Of a DNA stretch of 64,000 nucleotides, positions 28,001-39,414 are shown in pieces. Position numbers and translations under genes: made by a program. Under the pieces are notes generated by a model. It had not been told where the DNA came from. It was given only the letters and a program-made list of their open reading frames with translations, and searched no databases. The DNA lies in the NCBI GenBank assembly GCA_046563655.1, contig CM102283.1, forward strand, positions 5,766,001 through 5,830,000. Reading direction: 5' to 3'. The DNA comes from Yuukianura sp. NJ FZ-2021 (taxonomy: Eukaryota). Every line of letters begins with the position of its first letter. Within the stretch, counting starts at the first letter, position 1.

Positions 28001-28959
28001 AGATTGCAATTACAACACCATTGAACTACTCCACACTTGAAACGCAAAACAGAGTTGCTGAAATTATGGAGGCAATTACAAATTCTTCGCGTTACGTAAC
28101 GACATCTTATAGTGAAAATTGGTTGACGGGATTCACCAGCTACGTTGAACGCTACGCCGAACTGTACGACTTCAACGTCACGACGGAACAGCAGTTCATA
28201 GACGTTTTGAAATCAGAATTTTTCCCGGGTAACGTCTATGCCCATGACGTCACTTTTAACGACGACGGAACCCAAATAATAGCGAGTCGATACATTGTTC
28301 AACTAATCGATACGTACTCTACGGAAGACTTGAAAGAAGCAGTTGAAAACTTAAGGAAAGCCGCTGCTGCACAAACTGACGTCGAAGTTGTAATTTTCAA
28401 TCCTTGGTTGGGATTCGTTGATCAGTTTATCCTCATTCGACCATTGGCGATCCAGGTTTTGTCAATTGCCGCAGCTATCGTGATGGTCGTCGCCTTCATT
28501 TTCATTCCAAATATTGTAACGTCCATTTGTGTATTCGTGACGATTGTGTCAACAGAGACGGGTGTACTGGGACTAATGTCGCTGTGGGGCGTGTCACTGG
28601 ACATGATCAGTATCATTTGTCTTGTGATGTGTATCGGCTTTTCAGTGGATTTCTCTGCGCATATTTCCTACACATATATTTGTGCCGAAGGAACCCCGGA
28701 ACAGCGGATTCAAAAAGCGCTCTATTCCCTTGGTCTCCCGATTTTGCAAGGCGGGACCTCGACAATCATCGGCGTATTGGCTCTGGTATTCATTTCGTCG
28801 TACATCTATCAAGTATTTTTCAAAGTCGTTTTTCTAGTGATCGTGTGTGCTGCTTGGCACGGTCTCTTCGTATTACCTGTCCTCCTGTTGTTAATCAAAC
28901 CAGAGTCACTCGGAACCAAGTGCTGTGGGAAAAAAGATGAGTTTGAGGTGCCGCATTAG
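25051..28959 (+). CDS. Patched-related (Ptr/PTCHD3-like) sterol-sensing RND protein, copy A; 5 exons
   Basis: SSD with VPFIMLGIGIDDTFVMLSAW and AAVSITITSLTD; TM10 MCIGFSVDFSAHI; GLPILQG; HGLFVLPVLL. Confidence 0.93.
25430..25620. mobile_element. Insertion specific to Ptr copy A intron 1; probable degenerate MITE-like element
   Basis: Absent from the corresponding intron of copy B. Shows ~15-bp periodic G(G/A)(C/T)CAAAA units, mirrored TTGA(T/C)C units and a central ACCTAACCTAA. Confidence 0.5.
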
Positions 28960-30973
28960 GCCTTCGCTAACATTCCCATGGTCGGTCATAAATATACTCA
29001 TTGAGAATGTGTTATCAGCACACTCCAAAAACTTTAGATTTAGAGTGTTTCAGCGAGAAAATAAGGTGATACAATTTGAGGTCGTTTTCTGTAGTAGTAA
29101 CTATAAATTATAAAAATAAGAATAACTGCAATACTAATAACATAGCAAATACATATAATATAAATATAATATGTCTAACCGAATATGCAACAGTAAGTTA
29201 AGCGCTAATGCTTCTAGGAGGAAATTATTACATTTTCATGTGGTTTATGAAAATTTTTTTGTTTTAGTGTAAAACGTAATCTCCACACGTCGGCGACACC
29301 GTACCTACATTACCAATAAAAACTATAACCCACCCGTTTAAAAAAAAACCCAACCTACACCCCGATAAGGTTCGCTTCCATACTGCTTTCAACTTGCTAT
29401 TGTTTTCTCACTATGACATGCTGACTGTTGAAAACCCGGTTGAAATTGGTCCAGTATTTGCCGAGAAAATCGTTCTTACAGTTTTCAGACAGACGGACAT
29501 GAATGCTTTTATAACAATATAGCTTCGCTATTATAATAATAAGCGCCGTTTTACAAATATTGGTGGTTGGAGGGCAATAATACTGAAACGTCACTTCTTT
29601 CTTTTTTTAAATTTCCTTTACGTCAAACTCTTTCGTTTTAAGTTTACACATGTCGTGGTGGATTTTATGAAAACTTTGTAGTAATTTTTTCAAAAAAGTA
29701 TTTTGATGGCCCTTCGACTCCTTCCGCAGTGCACAGGCCTTAACAAATTGAAGAGTTCTCATGTGACGCCATTCACTTTTCATCTGATATCCAAATTTTC
29801 TCATCGGAATTTTCCAAATTATGTTGAAAGGTCAAACCATCATTTGTTCCGCTACTAATTTCTGACTCCTTGTAAATTATAATGTTGTTATTACATTTTT
29901 TTTCATTGTTTTTACATTTAGACGTTTACTTCATTAGGAAATAACCAGAGACTTTAAGGGTCAATGCGACCTTGGGTTCGTGCTGGCTTTTGACCCCCTG
30001 TGACTACAATTATAATTTTGTCATACCCTGCCTATTCCACTGACATTGCCACTTTTAATTTAAAAGATCTTGCAGAAAATTAGTATAATTAAGTAGCTGG
30101 GTTACTGCAAAGGTGGTGTTTGACATAGATCTTGACACAGTGAATGCTGCTCATTCATTGTAACCCCAGTCACTTCACGGTGTGCTGTGCTGTGTGCTCC
30201 ATTGGTTGTCGTGTGGCAATGGGGCAGTTTAAGGACACCACAACCGTTAGGGTTATTGGCACGGTATTGCCAATTGATCCACTTGACTCAACTGCGATTG
30301 CGTGATATCATAAGAAAAAAGCCGCAGTACGTAAAGATTGAGAAAAAAGCTTGTAACCTGTCGAAATCGTTATTCTTCCTTGAAAACATATCGAAGTGAG
30401 TGACAAGACAAAAAGGAACCCAATTCAGTATAACTGACGATAGTTAATTCGCAACTTTTTTTTAGCAGAGTTGTTACAAATCTAAACAAAATTATTGTTA
30501 AGGAAAAACTGGTTGTTTTCAGGCGTTTCTGCGCAAAGGGATTAGCAAAAGCTCGCTCTTGTTGTTCCTGACTTGCACCAGAGTCACATGAAAGTGAGCT
30601 TTGAAGAAACTTAATTACTCAACAATTATTACGAACTTATTGTGTTTTTTCCTCCAAGTTTTGGAACTAGTTCTGAGTAATAAGTCGGATCAGGATAGGT
30701 TGTGTGCTGGACTTAACTTTTTAGTCAATATGTAAAACTAAAACTCGTTTTCCTTGTGATCAGTCAAACAAAAGACGCTGCTCTTCCCTGTTTTTCATTT
30801 CTGGAGTTTTCATTCTTCGAATTTCAAAGTCAATTCAAGTTTTAGACTGCAAGTTCTACCCAAAGTGACTCAAGAAGTCAATTTTCTGGAATTGCAAATA
30901 AGAAAAGTCACTTCAGGTTTGGATTCACTCCGAAGTTGACTTCATCCCTGCGCCATTTTGAACTTTTTCGAAC

Positions 30974-33900
30974 ATGGGTTTCGTTGACAAAACTTTGACA
31001 AATAGTTTTCGAAAACTTGGCCACAATGTGGCCCTACATCCGAAACATTACATCATTGGCTCGATCATTGTTTCACTAACATTGACAACTGGTCTCCTCC
31101 AGATGAACTATGGAAACGACGTCCAGCATCTCTTTGCCAACAGCAATGGACACAGTGTCTACGAAAAGGCACAAATTTTAAAGTATTTCCCGGCAAATTA
31201 CTCGGGAGCATTTTCTCCCTCTAGGATCGTTAGTATTGGACGCTTGGCAAGGTAAGGAAATCAATTAACCCATTTTAGTCAATTAAAAGCATTGGGTCAT
31301 TTCTGTTTATGCGTACTGAATGAAATTTGAGTTTTTATTCCGTGCTGCTTGCTTGAACGCATAGCTTTGAATACAGCGTTGTTTTTGTTTTCTGAAACAG
31401 AAAAATTTATTTCTGGAGATCAATATTACAATAATTCAATAATCCACTTTTGAAAGTGTTTGGTTCTAAAAAAATGATAAAGTGTTTGGCAACGAACCTT
31501 GTTTCAAAAAATGTTGTACAAGAAAGGACACATATGTAGTGTCGACTTTTCCTTAAAAAAAATTCGGAAGATTTATATATGCGCGTTTTTGTTGTAATCG
31601 CTACCACTAGCAAAAAAAAAACCACGGACCATAGGAACATCTAGTTAGAAAATCAAGTTTTTGATAATTATTCTGAACTTTTTAATTATACTTTCCATAA
31701 TTATAATTTTGAGTACAACTTCATTAAACACCTACCGTAGGCGTGCCACATTGGCAGGTTGTTGAATAAGTAGCAATTGAGTTCAATATTCAATAAAAAA
31801 AAATCATCAAGAAAATTACTTTACAATCATAATTTAAGTATTTAACAATTTTAACACCACAATAATGACACATTTTATAACCGCAATTTCTATAATTATA
31901 ACTTCTATAACACTAAAATTTCTAGAATTATAACTTCTATAACTATACTTACAATCTAAATTGATCCTTTCTCACTATGTAGGATAATCGTCTTAGCCAA
32001 AGATAAAGGAACCATATTGCGCAGTAACATTTGGAAAGAAATCATGGACTTCGATGACCTTTTACACAAAATCAAAATATCTTATGGCGGATCTTCCCAC
32101 AATTACAGTAGTCTCTGCGCCACGCTCCATGACAATTGCTACGAAAATGATTTTCTTGACTTAGCCCAAGTTATGGACCGGATTGAAAATGGCTCTCTGC
32201 GATTGGTCTATCCAATCATGGTCAATCCTGAGACTTACAATACGCATGTCCTGCCTCTCTACTTCGCTGGGCTCAACTTGTCACAAGACAATTTGACACT
32301 TGATAGCGCCGAAGCAGTTAATATGAACTACTTCTTGAAATTTGAAACTGATGAGGATAACGAGCGGGGCAGACTGTGGGAGAGGGCATTGGTTGAAGCA
32401 CTGCTGGAAGTCAGTGACAAGTGGAAGTACATTGACGTTTACCAAATGACGTACTACTCCTTGGTCTCTGAACAGGAAGACAATACTGTCAAAGTACTTC
32501 CGTACTTCTCCATTTCCATTTTTCTTATGTGCTGTTTTACGGTACTGACTGCCGTGAGTCGCGACTGGGTCAAAGCCAAACCGTGGGTAGCTATGTCCGG
32601 CATAGTGATGGCGACATTGGGTAGCGTCGCTGCGTTTGGATTCTTGTGCTACGTTGGGGTCACTTGTATCGGAATCAACTTGGCAGTTCCATTCATCATG
32701 TTGGGTATGACGCACTACTACTTCAAACCAGTTCATCAAAAAGACAATTTGAACTTTAAATTCATTATAATAATGAAATTCAAATTCAAAATTTTAAAAC
32801 ACACTACAACTTTTTTAAATTGTAAATTTCAGGAATTGGAATTGACGACACTTTTGTGATGCTGTCAGCTTGGCGTCAGACGCCTCTGATGGATCCAGTA
32901 CCGAAACGTTTGTCCGATACTTACGCAGAAGCAGCAGTTTCTATTACAATTACGAGCTTAACTGATATGCTTTCGTTCTACGTTGGTCTTCTGACGCCAA
33001 TTCCAAGTGTCCAGATTTTCTGCGCATACGCAGGAACTTCCGTTTTTTGTATTTACCTCCTCCAAGTCTTTTGTTTTGGAGCTGTACTGGGCATCAGCGG
33101 TGATCAGGAGGCTGGAAATCGTCATTCTGTTTTTTGGTGGATTCAAGCAGTACCCAAGTCCACTGCAGGTAAAACCAATTACCAGAATTTGATAATTGAA
33201 CTTTAGATTGTAGATTAGAGAATTGTAGGCAACAAAATGTTTAGAACTTTTTGGAATGTTTTAGATGGAAAGTCAGCTTTGTTCAAAATGTTTTTCACTG
33301 GAGGAATCAACAAATCCGATCCCACGAATGAAATGGACAATGGAGAAAACGCTGTCATGGTTTTTTTTAGAGATCGCTTTGCCAAGTTCATCACCAAAGG
33401 CTGGGTGAAAGTTATGGTTTTGATTCTGTTCGTGGCGTATTTGGGCGTATCAAGTTGGGGACTTTTGCATTTGACAGAGGGACTTAGGGAAGAGCGTTTG
33501 TACCATGATGACTCTTATGTCGCCAAGTTCTCTTTGGAAGATAACAAGTACTTCAAGCGACTGCAGTACAGAGTTCAGGTGAGGTTAACAACCCCCGAGG
33601 CTTTGAAATTTCGAAAATTCTTAATTCTGCATTTTTTTCTCCAGATTGCAATTACAACACCAATGAACTACTCAACACGTGAAACGCAGAGCAGAGTTGC
33701 TGAAATTATGGAGGCAATTACAAATTCTTCGCGTTACGTAACGACATCTTATAGTGAAAATTGGCTAACGGGATTCACCAGCTACGTTGAACGCTACGCT
33801 GAACTGTACGACTACAACGTCACGACGGAACAGCAGTTCATAGACGTTTTGAAGTCAGAATTTTTCCCGGGTAACGTCTATGCCCATGACGTCACGTTTA

Positions 33901-34601
33901 ACGACGACGGAACCCAAATCATAGCGAGTCGATACATTGTACAACTCATCGATACGTACACAACTGACGACATGAAAGAAGCAATTCAAAACTTAAGGAA
34001 AGTCGCTGCTGCACAAACTGACGTCGAAGTTGTAATTTTCAATCCTTGGTTGGGATTCGTTGATCAGTTTATCCTCATTCGACCAATGGCGATCCAGCTT
34101 CTATCAATTGCCGCCGCCATCGTGATGGTTGTTGCTATAATTTTTATTCCGAACATTGTAACGTCCATTTGCGTGTTCGTGACTATTGTGTCAACAGAGA
34201 CGGGTGTACTTGGATTAATGTCGCTGTGGGGCGTTTCACTGGACATGATCAGTATCATTTGTCTTGTGATGTGTATCGGCTTTTCAGTGGATTTCTCTGC
34301 GCATATTTCCTACGCTTATATTTGTGCCGAAGGAACTCCGGAACAGCGGATTCAAAAAGCTCTGTACTCCTTAGGCTTGCCGATTTTGCAAGGCGGGGCC
34401 TCGACAATCATCGGTGTATTTTCGCTCGTTTTTATTTCGTCGTACATCTATCAAGTATTTTTCAAAGTCGTTTTTCTAGTGATCGTGTGTGCTGCTTGGC
34501 ACGGTCTCTTCGTATTACCTGTCCTCCTGTTGTTAATCAAACCAGAGTCACTCGGAACCAAGTGTTGTGGGAAAAAAATGAAGTTTAAGGTACCACAGTA
34601 G
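30974..34601 (+). CDS. Patched-related (Ptr/PTCHD3-like) protein, copy B; 5 exons
   Basis: Same exon structure and motifs as copy A, with an intact reading frame. Confidence 0.93.
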
Positions 34602-35572
34602 GCCTTCGATTAAACTTCCCAGGGTCATAAATATACTGATAATGTAAATTCCAACTAGTTATAATAATGAGATAAGAATAACTGTAAGAACATAACAAAT
34701 ACATATATAATATCATATAGCATAATAGATATTTCTTGTATATGCAATAGTATAAAGCACTGATGCTTCTAGAAGGAAATTTTTACATTTTGGCGTGGTA
34801 TATATTTATGAAACGTTTTTTTTTGTAGTGGAAAACGCAATTTCCTGGGTTCCAGGTCATTAGCGCAAAAACAACAAACGCGAATTCCACAAGTCGGCAA
34901 CGCTGAACCTACAATGAAGCTTAACCTTTCTAAAAATCTAACCAACGCTCCAAATTGGAGTATTGGAGTCTCCAATAAGGTTCAGTTCCAATGTTGCCAA
35001 CTCGCCGAATTTCGGTCTTGTTTCGCGCTACTACCTGTTACGATTTCCTGGAGGAACTTTTAGGAGATGGGTCGCCTTGTTTTAGTTTAGCGTGAGAAAT
35101 GCTCATCAATGTTTTAGATTTTTAGTTTCAACTTAAATTAATTACTCAATTAGTACAATTCCATAGTAAATCTATTCACTCATCCAGTTCAAAATATCAC
35201 ACGAAGTCAACAATATTCTTTTTCAAGTTAATCACAGAAATAATTTTTGAAACCAATACTTGCCGCAACATGCGCTTAGCGTACGACTATGAGCCCTTGA
35301 ACATTAAGTAAAACATTACATATTAACTATATTTAATTAAATTAGCGTAGTTTCAGTTTATATTTTGAAATCAGAAAGAATGAACACTTACTTAGCAAGT
35401 ATTATCTTCTCGAGTCGTGTAATTTTCAACAAGGTTCTTTTTATTTCAATGCTATAAGGAAAGTGCTAAGAAAAAGAAGTTTAAAAAAACAACAACAAAC
35501 AACCAAAAAAGTTTAATAATACTGCTAAAAATGCTGGATTTTCAAACGTGTGAAAATCAAAGAGAGTAGAAA

Positions 35573-38360
35573 TTAAAAATGTCCGCTGTCTTGGTTCGTT
35601 TTGACTTTTCCGTCTGGACCAACGTTGACAGAAGAGGAAGAAAAGACACCGTTAACTTGCCCCGGAGCTGAATTCCGTGTTGTCAAAACATTCGGTTGTT
35701 GCGGTCCACTTCGAAACGTACTAACGCGGCCCTGTGGGTCCACTTGAACTCCAGAAGCAGACTGGACTCCATTGACATTCGACGATGTAAATGACGTGAA
35801 GGAACGCCCTGCTCCTGGACCTCCTCCTACTCGTGCTAGGTCACTCACGGACGCTCCTGCACCGCCGAACTGCGAGCTTTGCGTACCAGCGGACGTCGAA
35901 GCAAAATTGGTTCGTGCAGGGAAGTTTCCCTGAGATGGAAAATTGTTTCCGGACGGATAGTAGTTCCCGGACGGATTTGACGGGTAGTTGGAGTACCTGT
36001 AACCGTCATTCGGACCGTAGTAGTAGTCATAGTCGTCATAATATCCACTGTATCTAGACACAAATGCAGCATCAAATTTTTCAAAATTTTAAAACAACAC
36101 AAAAGCCACAATTTCACAAATAGGGTTTAGGTTTTTGAAATTTTATGGTCGTCAGTTAGTAAAAGCCAAAAGCATTTATCGAATATACCTCCCAATTTTA
36201 ATTAAATTTTTGAAAAAATAGGAATTCTGAAGTATTATATAAAAGTACAAAAATATAAAAAGTGCTAAAAATGAAACAAATGAACCAGTGAGTATACATA
36301 TTACGATTGGCAAAATTAAAAAGTTTAACTTGAGGTTTCAGAAGAATTTTCAGAAGTTGAAATAGTTTTGGGCGTCGTTGGAGGAGGAAGAGACAAAACC
36401 GAATTAGTTTCGGAAGCACTCGTGCGTACTGGTGACACCAATCGGAAAACTGTGGTCATCGTGTTGCCCAAAGCCTGAAGTCCTCTGAACAAATTCATGA
36501 TCATTTCCATTGCTGAGGACATGAAGTTGTTCATGTTGGACCTGACCATGGCCAGGGTCATTGGAGACCTAGTCGTAGGAATTGGAAGGAAAGAGATGAG
36601 CGGCGTCTGCGTAGTGATGGCAGAAGTGGGCTGCGCAAGCGATTCTTGTTTTTCTAGGGACGACGGTTCCGGCGGTGATAGGAGGTTGAAGTTAGTGTTA
36701 GTTCTGCGCATGGTTTCAAAATTATGAAAGCAAAAGAGCCAGGTGAGAATTAGTTTTTTGCCAAATTCGGAAAATTTCATCAAAAAGTTAGTCAACTTTG
36801 GTAACAAGGGTTAAGTTAAGTTAAAGGCAGTTTGTTAAAGGTTTTCCCAATTGTTAATTTTTTGTTCTTGACACGGAAGCGGAATAATCTGAAGTTTAGT
36901 TTCTAAGTTAAATTGAGAACGAGAAGAAATACGGAAATTGCGACAAGAAGAGAAAAAGATTTTGTGTGGCGATTACCTCTGCTGATTCAAGAATGGCAAC
37001 TGGGCTAGAAAATCGTTCAGCTGAAATCCGCCGCCTGAGAAAATAAAACAATTCAAAGTTCACAAAAATTTCAAAAAAACACGAAAACAATTTAACTCGC
37101 AAAACAGTTCTATTTATTCATTAAATTTTGCCTCCTTTTATGACTCCGAACTTCATTTAAATTCCTTCTTTTTCTTAAAAGTCTGCATGTTTTGATTTCT
37201 CAAAATTTTTGATTCCTCAAAATTTCTAATTAAAAAATTCTTCAGTGTTAAATGAGTAAGTCAAAATCGAGGTCAAGGTTTAGCAAAATAGTTTCTAGGA
37301 AATAAATTTTTTGTTTTAATTTTTTTAAATTACGTTAGAAAACTTCCTTGAAATACGTTTACATGTTAATGTCACGTAGAGGTCACTCTTTATGCAACAG
37401 TGACCTCTACATGGGAAATGACCTTCCAACAACCCAATACGCAGTCTGTAAATCATGATTTTGAACGTTTTCATGGAAGTAGAAGGACAAAAAAATGTAG
37501 GATATGACTAATCCGACTCCAAAACCATGTGCAAATCGTTTTCAACCTTGGGGAAGTTTGGAAATAATTTTGTGCGAATCTACTCAAAATGGAAGTGGAA
37601 TGACTAATAAAAGAGGGAAGGGAATGTGCTGGTCTAATTCTGAATAAGATTTTGGTCAGATTCCCACCCGATTTGCAAAACAAAAGCTTCCTCCCTATAT
37701 TAATCCACATTCGACATTCTTATTGCATAAACTTGACTAAAAAACCTTGATGGGAACAAAATGAAATAAAAAACTAGTTTGTTCCTGTTCCCTGGAAATG
37801 ACGCAAATCAAACCTTTGTACATCGCAAATCCTCTTCACAAAAGTCAATCTGACAGTTCAATCACGCCTTAATTAATCTTTTACTGGAACTAAAGAACAC
37901 AAGTACAAAAAAACTAACCTCCATAATTAGATCCAGTAGAAGATCCTCCAGAAGATGCCGATGCAGAAGCAGAGGATGAACTAATTTGGCGTCTCACGCC
38001 TACGCAAAAGTAAAAACCAAAATTAATTAACGAGGAAAACAGCAAATGAAAAATACTCAAAAAATGAAACAAACAAAATCATAGAAAATATAGTCTTCTC
38101 TATAAAACGAGTCGACTGTGCTATTTTCCAGGACTAAACAGGTTTGTCAAATTAGAAAGAAAAAAAATTTTTTTTAAAGAAATTATAAAAAAAAAAAAAG
38201 GAAAAAACGCCGGAAACTTCCATCAGAAAGAAAATTGTTTGGTTAGATTTGAAATGGAACTGAATTTCTTACGACTGTTGTGCATGTTTTCCAGTGACTT
38301 GGTTTCAGCAGTTTGTAAGGAAATGAAAGTAAAAGTGAACAGAATAATTGCAGCCTTCAT
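35573..38360 (-). CDS. Secreted low-complexity (Ser/Gly/Tyr/Asn) seroin-like protein; exons 38360-38273, 37999-37919, 37034-36977, 36053-35573
   Basis: Signal peptide MKAAIILFTFTFISLQTAET and furin-like RVRR|Q site. Exon phases 1, 1 and 2 splice into one ORF. C-terminal repeats SFTSSNVNGVQSASGVQVDPQGRV and VFSSSSVNVGPDGKV. Confidence 0.75.
36325..36780 (-). CDS. Possible nested ORF (~151 aa, Ser/Thr/Pro-rich with an amphipathic helix) in intron 3 of the seroin-like gene
   Basis: GC-richer open frame from ATG 36780 inside an AT-rich intron. No recognisable domain. Confidence 0.45.
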   Translation of the reverse strand: MKFSEFGKKLILTWLFCFHNFETMRRTNTNFNLLSPPEPSSLEKQESLAQPTSAITTQTPLISFLPIPTTRSPMTLAMVRSNMNNFMSSAMEMIMNLFRGLQALGNTMTTVFRLVSPVRTSASETNSVLSLPPPTTPKTISTSENSSETSS

Positions 38361-39414
38361 TTTCACTGTAGTTGAAAATTTTAGTTTAGTCTTTTAGATG
38401 TTTAGGATTGACTTAGGGTGAAGTCCTTGCACTTTCAACCGTAGAGTCCAACTAAAGTCACATAAAAATTAAGTGGTCTAAGAGGTGTTTTTCTGCCGAG
38501 AACGATTACCACTGTGCTGCATGAGACTCACAATTTTTTTTATCACCAAAACAGAACAATGCCCATGGAATTGTTGTCGTATTATCCCAGTAGTACGACG
38601 GTCACTTTGAGAATATACTTGGGTGCTATTAAGCACGCTTCAGATCCCATGCCAATTTAAGGCAAATTAGACACGTCATGAAAAACGGACGTAGTAGCTC
38701 CAAAAAAGCGTTAAAATTCAAAAGTGTTCTTGGAAATCATTGTCATTGTTGGTAGAAATTTCAATAATTGGGACCTTTTGTTAAATCTATTCCAAGTATA
38801 TCATGAATATATCAACATAGCATTTACAAAAAATGAAGAAATTGGGGAAAAACCGCTACTGCGCATGCGTATGCACGTAGGTTTATATGTCACGTAAAGT
38901 TACGTGATATTGCGCAACGCTTCTTTAAGATCAATCTTCATCTTTTAGATCATCCATATTTTTTGGCAAATAACTTAGGAAGCTTTGTCTTCGTATTAAT
39001 TTAGGAGGCTTTTGTTTTCGTATGATGAAAAAAAGGAATCACGCCATGATTAAATGGTAAAGCAAAGGTGACTGAAATTTTGAACTTGCAGATGAAATTT
39101 TGAGATTTTAAGCTGTCGATGAACCAGACGGAAATCTGGCGCTAGCTTTCAATTTTGTTAGCAGTCATGAGGACATCTTAGATCTCATCACCAGATGACA
39201 ATTTCAAATTTTAATTAATACAAATCCACAATTAAGCTGAAACAACTGTTGTGAAATTGCCACTTTTTAATCTGTCCGCTTCAAAAACTTTTCGAAATTT
39301 CGTTCATTTACCAAATTGCTCTTTTGCAGAGTACTTTGATTTGAAAGGCCAAAACGTTCTAACTGTTTTAATATTAGTCAGACTTCTTTTTTCATTTTTT
39401 GAAAAAGCCACAAA

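Larger units (their letters stand above)
24291..35000 (+). repeat. Tandem segmental duplication: unit A ~24291-29400, unit B ~29600-35000
   Basis: Upstream, intronic, exonic and downstream sequence is collinear between the units, e.g. CATTCACTTTTCATCTGATATCCAAATTTTCTCATCGG at ~24460 and ~29770. Confidence 0.95.
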
